A stretch of 63,995 bases of DNA, filler included, from Rhabdomonas costata (taxonomy: Eukaryota): NCBI GenBank assembly GCA_019059605.1. It is 14 parts of 14 records of this genome, joined end to end, with 100 filler letters (N's around TTAATTAATTAA, not from the genome) between each part and the next. Parts side by side here need not be neighbours in the genome. Positions count along the whole stretch, not along the records: positions 1 to 4,512 come from JAHMHO010000221.1; positions 4,613 to 9,126 come from JAHMHO010000222.1; positions 9,227 to 13,735 come from JAHMHO010000223.1; 11 more parts are not named here. The stretch is one strand, 5' to 3'. The notes beneath the pieces are model-generated. The model was not told where the DNA came from. It did not search any database and saw only the letters and a program-made list of their open reading frames with translations. How positions within the stretch are numbered: position 1 is the stretch's first letter; each line of letters begins with the position of its first letter. The translations under genes were made by a program, and so were the position numbers. Positions 1-12,700 of this stretch are shown piece by piece.

Positions 1-3000
1 CAGGCCGGACATCTTCGTTGGATGGACCCCGATGATGTGAGTCCATCGTGTGCAGTGCCAGTTACTGTACCCTTTGTTAGCATTCAAAATATCCTACAGC
101 AATTTACAACATTGTCTGGACGGAAAATGACGCACATAAAACATGTGGAGCTGACGCTTTGTTCGGAGGATGCTTAGTTTCGTTGCCTTCCAGTGCCAGT
201 GCATCTAGTTCTGGACGCGCTGTTTGATTTGCGGCAGTGCAGCTCGACTACAATTTTCATGCCATCTTTGCCCAGTTTTGGAGCATTTCTGCTTTCCCGC
301 GTGGCCCTTCTTCTGTGCAGTATCTGATTTGGACCTTGTTCCCCCTGTGTTCCTCGTTTTAGTTTTTTCTTTCTGTGAGAAAGGAGGGATTGTCATGTAA
401 GATCGTCGCATTCTACGTGCCCCCCTTCCTTCAGAATGCCTGTGAGCTCCTCTGTTGCGCCCGGTGGTGGGGCCCGCAAAGAGTTTCCTGGATTGCGGAT
501 GAACAAGGTGCCGTCAGAGCAGCGCAAGATTCTCCCGACCTCGCACTCCAGCGGGAGAACCACACACGAAGTCCGCGAGGTTTGCCTGCCGGTGTAGTTG
601 AGTTAGGTGGGGGACGCAGAGGGCATTTTAGCTTTCGCCTTGTTGCACTCACGGTAAGAAAGTGGCCCTTCAGGATTCCGACAATGCACGTCCAGATTCC
701 TTTCCGCGTGCTTTCCTGGGACTATCCTGGTTGTCTCGAAACCTTCCGAAGCTCAATATCGGTCTCTAGGCACCCGCTCTTTTCGTATTGCGCAGGTCAC
801 TCTGCTTGTCCGCGACTTCAGCCAGTTCTCCTACGACGAGAAGCTCGCGTGGTGTTTCCAGAAGCCCGAGCTGCTCAGTGGCGAGGAGCAGGTATTCGTT
901 CGACGATTCCTTCGTCAACCTTCCTTGTGTTCGGAGTCCTCTGTCGGTCAGACGTTGAAGCACAACCTGGCATTAATTCTGTGGTGGAACGTGGTGGTGG
1001 TGATAGCGATGATGCGTTGCTCTGATGCTCCCAGGGGTCGAAGCTCGTGGAGGTGCTGGACGTGGGCCGGACTTCGTCCGCCCCAACGTTGGCGGCTCCG
1101 CCCAACCGCCCGGGCACCTCTGGACCGCCCCCTGCCCTTCTCCGAGCTCGGGTGCGCAGCATAAACAGTAATTGAATACCACCACCACCATTTCATCCAT
1201 TCATCATGCTATGCTTTTCACTGTGGAGAAACCAAACGGTAAACGAACTTTGCAACCGTAGCAGCGAGGTCATCCATGTGGATGGGACAAGCTTCTCCCC
1301 TTGGCGAGCTTTACTTCCGGACTTCACCATTTACACTCTCAACTGGGAGACACCAGGCCGTCCGTTTCCGAACTCCTCTCGGGAAGTGACAAGTTGCCAC
1401 ACGTTGCCTAGTGAACGGCACTGCTTGCTCCAGACCTGCGGAAGTTGATGCAAATGGGAACACTTAAACGTTGCGAAAGGGTTCTGTGCGTCTTATTCAT
1501 TCCTTCAGCTGATGTCTTTTTCATGATTTGACAATTGAGATGCGGAAGCCTGAGGCTGGCAGGCTCAGTTTCTGAGTTTCTGCGCACCGCCCCCCTTGAT
1601 ATGCGCTGCTGTGCAGACCTACGCCTACTACAGCAGCTACCGGGTCCTCCTTGTGGTAGATGTAAGCCCGGCGATGGTCACCATGGACGTTCGCTCCGGG
1701 GAGGTGTGTGGGGTTTTAAGAGTCACATTTTCCACGTGCCAGTGAAAGTTCTGTTCGAACGCCAAACAAGCAAGAGAGTGCTTCCAGTCGTAGGATAACT
1801 GTGTCCTCGGGATAATTGTATTGTGGGGGCGGGAGGCGTTTAGCACCTCTGTCGTTATTCTGTGATAATGTTTTTTCGTTCAGGTGCTCCTGGATCGGTC
1901 CTACAGGGCCTTAGGAGTGCTGCTGCGCTGTTTAGCAGCCACAACCTCCCTGCACCTGGACAAGCATGGTTCAGCCCCACCACTCCCACCACACACACAA
2001 AAAAAACCACGCTGCGGATTGGCTTCCGAATATCCCTGACTTGTACTTTTCTCCCTCGTCCGCCATAAGCCGACCCAAAACAAAAACTGTACCAAAGAAT
2101 TGATATGAATACTGATTTTCTCACAATGTTGCACCATCACAGCTGTGTCGGTGAGCCGATCCAGTATGCATCAATTTTCTTTTCGCTCTTCCTTTGGACC
2201 TTTTGATGTCCGAACCTGGACGCGGAGGGGGCTGGGGGCGCAGAACACGCCACTTCGGAGCCCTCGTCACCGGCCTCACCCAACACGGCGACGACGACGG
2301 TGTGGGGGGGCACCGCCCCCACCGCCGCGGCCCCCGTACTGTTGGGCAGCCCTCCGACGCTGTCGCCGTTGTTCCGTTCCCACACTCCGCCCACCGCGAC
2401 GGGCCCCACTGCTCTGCTGGCGGCAGGGGGGCTGCTGGGCGGGCCTCTGCATGCCTCAATCTCCGCGGTTTTTTTATAATGCCTCCATTTTTCCCTGCTG
2501 GGCATCGATGCCTCCTTTCCCATCTGCCCCATCCCCCCTCGCTCCGGCTCTTGCCCTCCGCGTTTGTTGACTCTCTTCTTATTTCCTGTCCTTTTTTCCT
2601 TTACTTTTTATTATTATTTTATTTGTTTTAAGTTCGCTCGCACACACATTCATACACGCACACTTCCTCCAACACACGGGTGCCAGTCATTGTGTTTAGG
2701 GCTTGTTAGCTTCAGCCCATCAAGTGCTGTGGTGCTGTGTGCGATCTTTGCGGAGATCTGCCTAGCCACAACCCAACCCCGTGGCGGGGGCACACCGCCA
2801 TGTCACATCCGCCTGTCCCTCCTTGGTTCCCCCCAGAGCGAATTGCAAGATTAAGTGTCCCTTGGTTTCCGCTCGAATTTCGGCTGAGCATTGGGTGAAG
2901 CTCGAGACAATGTATTTCGAATGGTATTTCGAATTTATTTTGGAATGGGACGATCGGAACACTGCTTTCTGGGAACATTCTGACGAGGTCTCCGATGCTC

Positions 3001-4512
3001 CAATGCCGTATGCGTGCGTTGTCGGGTGAAGCGAACAAAGCGAGCGTGCTATTGACTGCAGCTCATACTCGCCTTTGGTTTGGGCAGTCGGGGGAGCCAG
3101 TGACCCTGTATTTTAATCTCTCTGGTGCACTGAAAGGGTGAAAGTGGCTATCATGACCCACTCGAAACAAACTTGAGCCCAGAACCGCCCCACAAGAGAA
3201 TGCAGTGTGCTCTGGTAAGAAACTGGTTGAGGAAAGAAAGTGGGTGAGCCGCACGTGCTGGGAAGGGGTTCTGATAACTTAAATGCTTCTGTTCCGCGCA
3301 AACCCTGTTGCCGGTGTAACTGCGCTGGGACCTTTCTGCAGGGTGAGGGTGGGGTTTGGGGGGTTCCTGCAGAACTCCTTCTCTTCTCTGGCCGCGGCCT
3401 GCCTTGGCGCCGTGCGGGAGAGGAGCTGGAACCCCACCCTGCACCTCACCGTGGTGGCCTACGGCAGCCCGGCCTGTCCAGTGATGAGGTGTGCGCCAGA
3501 TAAAGTTACATTGTGTTTCCCTGCTTTCGATTCAAACCGAAAGACTCTAGAGCAGAAAGTCATGTGAAGGACGGCAGTGGGGAATAGGGGGGGGGCTCTG
3601 CTTCCTGACAATATAGGATGGGTTCTGTGATGTTCTTGAATGGAGAGTATAGCGCTCTTCGGCGGAATGGCAGCGTCTAGCTTTTTCTTTCCTTTTGTGC
3701 CATAAGAGACTTTTCACGGTTTGCACTGCGCTAGTGGCTGTCCAGCAGTTACGGCGTAGTAATTTGGTCCCTCCCCGCTCCCTCCCAAAGATGTCTCTGC
3801 CAAGGCGCCGCGCTTTCTCCGGCCACGGTGGAGGAGCTGGTCGAGGAGCTCACGGAGAAGCTTCGCGAGGTGGAGCGGGCGGTCGGCGCGCACTGCCGAG
3901 CTCGGCAGGCCTCGGGGGAGGCAGCCTCCGCAGAGAAGCTGGTGTGCGGTGCCACGGTGAGAAGGGGTGGGGTCCACTTTGACCTGCCTTCCACTCAGTT
4001 ACTTTCCCTCCTGTGTGTGGGCGCGCTGGCGCTGAGCAGTGTGGCCTTTCTTTATGCCCCCATCGGGCTCTGTATCTGGTGGATTGAGTGGAATGCGGGC
4101 TTGGTTTGGAGTTATTTCTGTGCTTATCTCTTTTCCTCAGTCCGGGTAACATGGTTGATGTGTCGGTTCCGGTGACAAGGCCCGATTTCCGGGGGCAGGG
4201 GTGGAAACCCGGCTTCCGCACAGGGCTGAAGTTGAGCAACCCCGGCCCCTATCTTCTGTTGGTTAGCCCTCACAGTCCTTATAGTGACATGAGCCAGCGC
4301 GCTATGAGTTCAACACCCACGCACACATGTGGAACGCTCGGCGGTGAGCCGGTATCCCATGGCGCAGAGGGTACCCCTTCAGTCCACTGCGGTCACCAAC
4401 AGCCAATGAGGCAACAGGCAGCGTGCCCAACACACACACACACAAACACACACGTCTACCCACAGCACGAGTACCATGGCGCGGCGCGGCTGCTTCGGCA
4501 GCTCTGCTGGGG
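1..4512 (+). CDS. SZT2: SZT2-like (KICSTOR subunit) protein, partial multi-exon N-terminal region
   Basis: Spliced exons read ~1617-1703 TYAYYSSYRVLLVVDVSPAMVTMDVRSGE, ~1884-1968 VLLDRSYRALGVLLRCL, ~3410-3488 SWNPTLHLTVVAYGSP, ~3791-3941 CLCQGAALSPATVEELVEELTEKLREVE and ~4466-4512 HEYHGAARLLRQLCWG. These blocks are colinear with the recalled SZT2 N-terminus ([26 protein letters not shown]...FQPEIYVTIQAYSS...VLVQGCLL). GT-AG boundaries; gene runs off the contig. Confidence 0.7.
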
Positions 4513-4612
4513 NNNNNNNNNNNNNNNNNNNNNNNNNNNNNNNNNNNNNNNNNNNNTTAATTAATTAANNNNNNNNNNNNNNNNNNNNNNNNNNNNNNNN
4601 NNNNNNNNNNNN
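4513..4612. other. Artificial contig-joining spacer (first of 13)
   Basis: N-run + TTAATTAATTAA (stops in all six frames) + N-run. The same spacer lies at 9127-9226, 13736-13835, 18346-18445, 22957-23056, 27557-27656, 32161-32260, 36746-36845, 41334-41433, 45918-46017, 50505-50604, 55085-55184 and 59664-59763. Contig lengths fall roughly in order from ~4.51 to ~4.48 kb. Confidence 0.98.
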
Positions 4613-6990
4613 TGTTGATGCTCAAAGGATACGCTCATGTAACGCTAACCCTACCATCAAAGCGTAAACCTCCTACCAGGTATCTTTACTACTACTGGGC
4701 CGGAGTGAGCGTACTGATGTCAGTCGTGGAGCGAACGAAGAGACACGTATATGTAATGGTAGATAGGAGTGAGAGAGCGTACCGGCTTATTCCGGGGAGC
4801 GAACGAGGGAATGGAGGGTTGAAGAGTCGTCACATTCACATTCATTCTCGCTACGCTCGTATTCATGTTCATGTTCCTCTTATTCGGCTCTCTGATTCGC
4901 TTAGTTCCTCCTGTTCACATTCAACTCTCTCTCTCCTCTCACTGCGTTTGATGTCACTCGTGTTTCATGTTCACGATATTAGTCGTGGTCGTCACATTGG
5001 TTCTCGTTACTGCGTTCCTCGTACTCATGTTCCTCTCTTCTCTTGGTCGACTCTCACTTCCTTCGTTCGTTCGTGTCTCCTTCTCATGGTCGCTTCGTCA
5101 CACTCGCTGCGCTCCTGTTCCTCGCTCCAGTCGACATTCATTCTCGCTGCGCTCGTATTTATGTCTCCAATCCTTTCTTTTGATCACTGCTCACACTTGA
5201 CATTCGTTGCACTCATGTCGGTGAGGCCCAATGTTGGGCGCCGGGTGGGGACGACACAGAGTTTTTTTCGCGCGTTTATGTACATAATCATTGGACACAT
5301 GTGGCCGGGGGATGGTCTTGGCCTGTTGTCCGGTGAGCCGGCACCCCACGTATGACAACAGATTTAGCGGACCCTCCGTGCGAGCACCCAAGCTCCGCGC
5401 GTCTAGGTTAGGGGCAGCTTCTCTTTTTTTCTTTCCATCATCCCTCTCCTTCACGGGTGTGTTTCTTTTCTGTTTTAACATAGCACAAACATACGCAAAC
5501 ACTAACAAACAGACACAACCGTCCCCAAGCCAAAGAATAAAATAATAGAATTAGAATTAAAATAATAAAGAAAGATACTGAGAGACTGAGACTGAGAGAC
5601 TGAGAGAGAGACAGAAAAAGATGGAAGGATGGAGAAATAAGCCATGTAGGTGTGGATATGGAATAGTCAGGAAGGTGTGGAGCAGAGTCCAGAAGATAAA
5701 ATAGAGAGAGATGTCACTCCAGACAAACATTTCGCTTTGTGAGCGCTGTCAACCCACTTAGGTGAGAAAACTTTCTTTTCCACGGGTTGGCATCGCTTTC
5801 TCCGATGTATGGGTATAGCGTGGACGCAACCACTCCACTTGCAGCTTCCCAGGCCTGTGGACGCTTGGTCGGCGACTCTCAGTCGCAACATGCCACTCCT
5901 CCACATTCTCTAGGTAGCTTCTCAAACTCCTCCGAAGTAACCACCTTCGCTCCATAATTTGCCTTTATACTCCAAACTCCACAATCGACTTTCTCACTTC
6001 GCTTCTCGCGCCTCATCTCACCTCAAAGGGGACTTGAACGCATTCTTTTCGACAAAAAACACTCGGAGTGGTACTAAACCGCATTCCATTTAACAACCTC
6101 GCTTGCCCGTGCACCTGGCGCTTCACACTTTTCATGCAAAATCCGCCGCTTGTTGGGGGACTAATTCTTCTGGATGGTGTCTTCTGATCTTACGCCTTAC
6201 ACCTTACGGAGGGGGGACTTGGGGTAAAATTGGCCGCCTGCGGTCCAGTAGCAATTGCAATGCTAATCTACCTCCAAAATGTCCTCTAGCCTCCTTCCTC
6301 TTTGTATTTCAAATGTAGCGGTGGCACAACCACAATCCAAACCCAACAACGTCTACAGATCGTTACTACATCAAACCACACCAATTACTTCTGTGATATT
6401 AAAAAGGAAAGGAAACCTCATCTACTCGCGCTTCTCACTCATTTTCATCATCGCCCCTCTCTTTTTCATGATCTTTTTGATCTCCTTGCTTTTCGAAGGC
6501 CTTGTTTTTGACGATCTTCTTCGTCTCGCTGGTCTCGGACAAAAATCTTCTCTCGAACATAGAACCATGCAATGGTTTGATGCTCCCACACATCTTGATC
6601 TCATACGCTGCCTTTTGTTGGGAGCATTTGCTCTGAAAACCACCCCTTCCAGCGCTGCACGCGTCATTGCTTGCATCATTCTCTTCCATTAATCTCCCAT
6701 TACATTGCCTCTATTTTCTCTTCTGGACTGCTCCACACCTTCCTGACTATTCCCTGTTCGGGTTCCGAAACTTTCTGAACCTGGCGTGTCTGGGATAACA
6801 TCGTTCTCCTGCGCGAAACTTCCTGCGCGAAACGAAAACCAATACGAATATGTGTATTCCAGCACCGATGCTGATGCCCTGCATCGCTGCGCTGCAGTGA
6901 ACCTTTTTATAAAACAAAGACAAACGTCCTTTCGTCCAAACGTCCTATCTCAACGTTTTCCTTGTGGGATATATTCTATTTCGGAGGTGG
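4613..6990. mobile_element. Probable decayed repeat/LTR-element remnant upstream of (or intronic to) the USP gene
   Basis: 4613-5360 starts TGTTG and ends CAACA (LTR-like termini) and contains CATTC/CACTC/CTCG low-complexity sequence. It is followed by GA-rich tracts, broken charged ORFs on the minus strand (5758-5955, 6422-6689) and a ~46-bp inverted repeat pair. No diagnostic TE protein motif seen. Confidence 0.3.
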
Positions 6991-7068
6991 CGTGAGTTTA
7001 GTTGGGAGTGTTGATGGAAGGACCACTCTTTACCCCACCATTGCCGCGCTGTCCTCTTCTTTTGCCAG

Positions 7069-8981
7069 GATACTGAAGTCAACAGTCAAGGCTGGAGGCC
7101 CAGTGCTCCCCGATGTCTGTCCTCCAAGGCAGTGGTGAGGTGGATCAATGAGAACCGTGTGATCGAAAGTGTCTTCGCCAACCCTCATCCCGAAGTGATT
7201 CGGCTATGTGTGCCCCTGCTGGTCTTCATGGCACAGGTTTCACCCTCCACTTTTTCAAAACAGCGGCGTTTCAACACGAATTTTCGACCCATACACCACC
7301 TTTTCCACCATGCTCCACCACCACCACCACCAGCATCTACTCTCACCAGAACCGCTACCCATCTTACTTGTTCTTCTTTTCATGATGGTGCGCGAAAATA
7401 ACATAACAACAAAAGCCGTCGTCAGGGTAGAAAAAGCCGGCAACCAAACTGCAAGTGCAGACAGTTTTAAAGCTTTTCTTCACATCCACAGCACAAGCAA
7501 ACCCCACCAACAACAACCTTTCACATCCTTTCCATCCCATGTCCTCAGTGAAATTTTTATCTGCGCTGTTTTTATTTTTGCTAAACGCTTCTCCTTTTTC
7601 TTGCTCAAAGTGGCCTTGCTTCGTCACGGAGTGCCAGCAAAAGTAGAAACTGAAGGAGAGACTGTAGACTGTCGCAAGGAAAAACTTGGCACCCCTTGAT
7701 GAATGTTTTGTGTGGTACTGCTTTCCATGGGTGAGGTGTGAGAAAAACACTGGGAAACCTTGTCACTATTATCAGGAGAATTATGTGATGGGCTACCACT
7801 TGGACGCGATATGGAGCTCCACCGAGGGCCCGCACGAGGCGATCCAACACATAATTCTCCTGATAATAGTGACAAGGTTTCCCAGTGTTTTTCTCACACC
7901 TCACCCCTTGATGAATGTTTTGTGTGGTACTGCTTTCCATGGGTGAGGTGTGAGAAAAACACTGGGAAACCTTGTCACTATTATCAGGAGAATTATGTGA
8001 TGGGCTACCACTTGGACGCGATATGGAGCTCCACCGAGGGCCCGCACGAGGCGATCCAACAGATTGTGTACAAAGAGGTGGTGTTCTTGTTCCTTCTTAG
8101 CTGGCGCCTGCCCGTTCCTGTGTCTTTGTTGAGCTGCACAACGTCGGCGTTGCTTTTCTTTCTTTAATAACGCGTGCCTTCATCCTCTGATTTCACACAA
8201 GGAACTAAGAGGCGGATTTCCTTTTCTTACAGGGCTTTCGCACCACCCAAGAATAAGCAGAACAACAGCAAAATTTTATAGGGCAAAAATGTCACATTGA
8301 AAGAAACCCACAACCCAAAGCGTTTAAGGCGTGAAGACTTGCTTGCTTTGGGGGTGAAGGCTCTACGTGTCTCCGCGCGCGTTTTGGTTTGTTTCTTTGG
8401 GTTCGCGTTTCTTGGTTGGTGTGTTGCTCCAGTGGTTGGCAGGGCGTTTTTTCTTCAGTTCTCTCGACAGCCAATCGAAAAAAAATAGGTGCTGATGGAA
8501 ATGGTGCCCCACATGGATCCCAGTAGCCTGAACTATGTCTACACAAAGCTCACCACAATTCCCAAGAATCGTCTTGACAAGAACACTCTGGACTTTGTCC
8601 AGCAGTTCACCGTTCGAGCGCTGCGCTGCCCGCAGGCAAAAGTTCGCCCAAAGAAGAAGAAGGTCCACTTTCCATTCTTTTCCATCTGCCATTGACACAC
8701 GGAGAGGCTCATTGATACTGGTCGCCCCTTGAGGTGCAGGTACCCACGCGACGGCCACTTCCTTTCGCTCCACTCCACACATTTGCCAGCCTTTCCCATT
8801 GATCCGATCAGCATGATTGACAACCCATCATCATCATCATTATCATCATCACGCATTGGCACAGACCTACGGCCTGGATGTGCTATACGAGACCTTGCTT
8901 GAGGGCTCTGGTGCCGATCCCGCGACTCAGATGGCCGCTTCGGACATGCTGGTGACGATGCTGCGTGGTGCGGACTGTGAG
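7069..8981 (+). CDS. Large USP-family deubiquitinase (USP34/USP24/USP9-like), internal exons of the N-terminal helical region
   Basis: Exons ~7069-7236 (AVVRWINENRVIESVFANPHPEVIRLCVPLLVFMAQ), ~7988-8077 (ENYVMGYHLDAIWSSTEGPHEAIQQIVYKE), ~8489-8641 (VLMEMVPHMDPSSLNYVYTKL...) and ~8865-8981. They match the recalled USP34/USP9X pattern W-x-x-x-N-x-hh-x-x-hF...H-x-E-hh...HhD-x-IW...HEAI. Confidence 0.7.
7690..8061. repeat. 160-bp direct duplication with an intervening inverted copy (DUP-INV-DUP)
   Basis: 7690-7849 equals 7902-8061. The segment 7848-7906 is the reverse complement of 7729-7787. Confidence 0.95.
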
Positions 8982-9757
8982 GTTGGTCATGCCCATCTTC
9001 CGTGCTGCCCTTCCCATCCACCTTGGTGAATGACAAGTCATGACTATCACCAAAACTTCGTCTTCCGTGGCACCCGAGGTGGATGGGAAGGGCAGCACGG
9101 AAGATGGGCATGACCAACCCCACACCNNNNNNNNNNNNNNNNNNNNNNNNNNNNNNNNNNNNNNNNNNNNTTAATTAATTAANNNNNNNNNNNNNNNNNN
9201 NNNNNNNNNNNNNNNNNNNNNNNNNNGTGGGGTTGGGGGTCATCGCCAAATAACCCCCTGCAAATCCCTATACTAGAATCCCAGGGAACACGTGGATCAC
9301 CTCCTAACCCCCTGCAAACTCAGAAAGGGGACAAAAAAAACAAAACTTCACAGCTCACCCCACCGGGGGGGGGGGCATAAATGCACTAGCGCCAAAACCC
9401 CCCAATTAACATTACAAATGTTGAGCATAACGCAATTAGGTGTTTTGGAACCCTTTCCTTCTTACCTTCACCCACTCTCTGTACCACAAATCCCGAAACG
9501 GGGGAGTACGCATTCAACAGAATGGGCGAAATTCGGATGATGCATTGCACATGATACAGGAGAAAAAGTTGAAAAGCGGACGACAACGACAATCAGGGAC
9601 AGTGAGGCACGGTTAGCGAAAGCCATGGCAAAAACGAAACTGAAATGTCTTCAGATTATATTTGAGTTCAGATAATATGAGTTGAAGGGAAGCGTGCATT
9701 GACTGACCATGCCTCGCCATCACCGCTCCACTCCAGCATAAGAGCAAAATTAAGCAC

Positions 9758-12700
9758 CTCCAGCTTCTTTTTGGCATAGTTCCAGACCCTGACGACCTTG
9801 TCCAGGCCTGCGGTGACCACAATGACCTTCTGGATGCACACGTCGATCGCAGTGGGGCTGGAAGAATGAAACCCAATGGACAGCGGCTTGAAGTTGCTGC
9901 CATCCTGTTGAGAGATAAAGGAGTGTGGGGTGCTGATGTAATTCAAGAGCACCTGACCTTGAGTTGGGTTGAGTCTAACTGGGGTTTGGCAACGTTGACC
10001 TGCCTTACCTGAGTTGGTAAACGCCCTCGTCATCATTTTTTGTAGAGTTAGCAAAATTTGTCCTATAATCGGATGTGATATTTCCATAAGCCCAAACTCC
10101 ACCCACTCTACTTCGATACTTCGAGATAATATGTAAACACACTTTCGGAAATTCCTGATGAACATCCAGAACCTATTTGGGGCTCGAACCGAGTCTTGGC
10201 TCAATGCTCGGCATCGCCAACACCCAAAAAAAAATTCCACCAGAGGCCTCCGAATGCCGCAATGCCGGGAAAGGGAAAGAAGGGGGGGGCCGCCCCCCAG
10301 ACATGCCTCCGAGCGCATGATGTCCACGTTGGCCAGGGAGAAGAACACCATGGAGTTATTCTCCTGGCAGCATACCAGGTTCTCCTCGTTCGGGGAGACG
10401 GAGAGGTCGTGGATCCTCTGCCGGTCCGCGGTGCGGAAGCGCTTGTAGGGCTGCAGGTAATCATCGTAGCTCCGCTCGAAGAGGGTGAAGTAGCCCCCAT
10501 CCCCGCCGCAGATGCACCCCCGGCCAATCACGCACACCGCCCTGTGAGAGTGCATGTGTGTGTGGTAACGCACGGTTAAGCTTTCTGATCCGGGGCTGTC
10601 ACCCCCTCACGACTGACGTATCAACTGGCTGGCTGCAGTGTGAAGCGGGCGCGGGGTCGTGAAATAAAGCGGTGGTTCTCTCCCGATCCCTCTATCCGCG
10701 AGTGGCGTGGGTACGCTTTCCCTGCCTAAGTGTTCTATTGGGTCATTCAGCTCTGCCCCATCGTTCCCTTGCTCATGAATGCCTTGGAGGCAGTTGATTC
10801 ACCACTGGTGCATGGCTGCTTTGGACACTGCCTTTCTTTGTTCCTACCAGGAAGTTCTTTCCTCCTCCCTTCCCCGCGCACACACCAGATCGCGGCGCCG
10901 TCATGGACGGCTGTGAGCGCCTTCTTGAGCTCCATGCCGCGCTCCCCTTCGCCCACCATGACCAGCAGGTCCCCCTCCTCAGTGCCCAGAATAAGCTGTG
11001 CGAAGGCGAAGACCGTCGGAGCAGGAAGACGAGTGAAAGGAAGACGACTGAAAGGAAGACAAGGGGAAGAGGCTTAAATAAGGCGGATCATGAAGCATTT
11101 GTTCGCAGTGACGAAGATGCACGAGTCGTTTAGCAATCCACAGAATGCGGCAGTGGAACACAGAAGCAGTGATAAAACCAACCCCCTTTAAAACCCATGA
11201 ATGATGATGAAACGAAAACTTCAAGCGTGCGCGCCGCGGCGTACCTTGTCCGAGTCGAACCAGGAGTGGCAGTTGTAGTGATAGTCCTGAAAAGGAAAGT
11301 TAGAGCATGGCGTCAGCAATGCAAAAAAAAGCAGAGCCGGTTAAGGCCATCCTCATGATGACGAATTGGCCACTTAGTATCGCCGAACTGTCAAACGCTT
11401 TTTTGGTGAGCATGCAAGGCCAAGCCTGCATTTAGAAACCACCATTCGGGATTACATCACAAAACTCAGGCAATGCAGCAATGCAGTTGAGAACAACGTG
11501 AGGGAGGGGGTGGGGAGTCTACCCGTCGCTTGAGAATGGACTCTGAGGAGGGCTTCAAGGTCTTATCGGAGGCATAGAAGTGCCACACCCGGAACACGTC
11601 CTCCCCCGTGGTGCAAATCTTCCAGTTGAACCACGGCGACACGCTGATCCGTGAGCACTTAAACGTGAACTGCAAAAGAAAGCGGTGGAAGGTGGGGTGG
11701 TCAGGCCGCGCGCATGCAGCGGTTAATTTCGGAATCGTTCGCAGGTTGACGAGTCGCGTCAGTCATTCTCTCATTTTCCAAGAACATTTTGCACAACAAA
11801 AACCCCTAGAAATAGACCAGGGGTGGATCCTACCTCAGACACAAGCACCCAAGCAATCGGCGTCTATGCTTGAGATATAGCTAAGTTATTTCAGGGGTAC
11901 CAAAACCATTCAAGCTTGTGGTTTTCACACATTTATCGTCTCCCTCCCTTCCAAAAATACAAAGTTCTTTGAAAGTTGAGGCCAGCAAATGCGTGGAGGC
12001 CTCCACGGCGAAGGGCGGCACGAAATCACCCACGCACGCCGAGCGACCTCGCATCTGGCGACCAGCCTCGCCTTGTCGAGCTGCCACATCAGGATCAGCC
12101 CGTCTGGTGGCTCGGTGACGGTGACGAGGTACTTGTTGTCCGCGGAGAAGTCCATCGCCGTTACGGGCTGGCGGGAGAGGTGAGACATGTTCAACGAGCG
12201 GACCTTCTGCCCCGTGGAGAAGTTGAACAGGGAGACCTGCACACGCCGCACCACAGAGAGATATACCTCTGGAAGGCCCGGCGCAAATGGATTCCACATG
12301 CGCCGGGATCCAACTAATTTCTTTTGGGGGGGGGGGCATAAAGGCCGCCACTGGAACCATTGCCCCTCTCCTCCATTCCAAGGTTAAGGACTGCATCAGT
12401 GATGGTGGTCAGCTGCTGTGCAACCCCAACCCGTTTAAGCCCACGAAAGGCTGCTAGAGACGCAAATGATGAACTTAGTGCCTTTTGCCCAGTTCTACTT
12501 CGTTACACACCCGAGTCTTTTCATTCGCAAGGAATCACGGCACTGCAACAGGCGAAACGTTCACGGCCCTTTCCCAGCGAACATCTTTTTCGTTGATATT
12601 CAGGGTGGAGGGTATATGAAATAGGAAACTGAAAGAGAGAAGGCCAAAGAAAACGGAAAAGATTGGGAAGAGATGTCCAAAGGCACGGCGTGCACCTTGG

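Noticed and set aside
4615-5355. 246-aa ORF rich in S/H/L
   Set aside because: It arises from CT/CA-rich low-complexity sequence and shows no domain.
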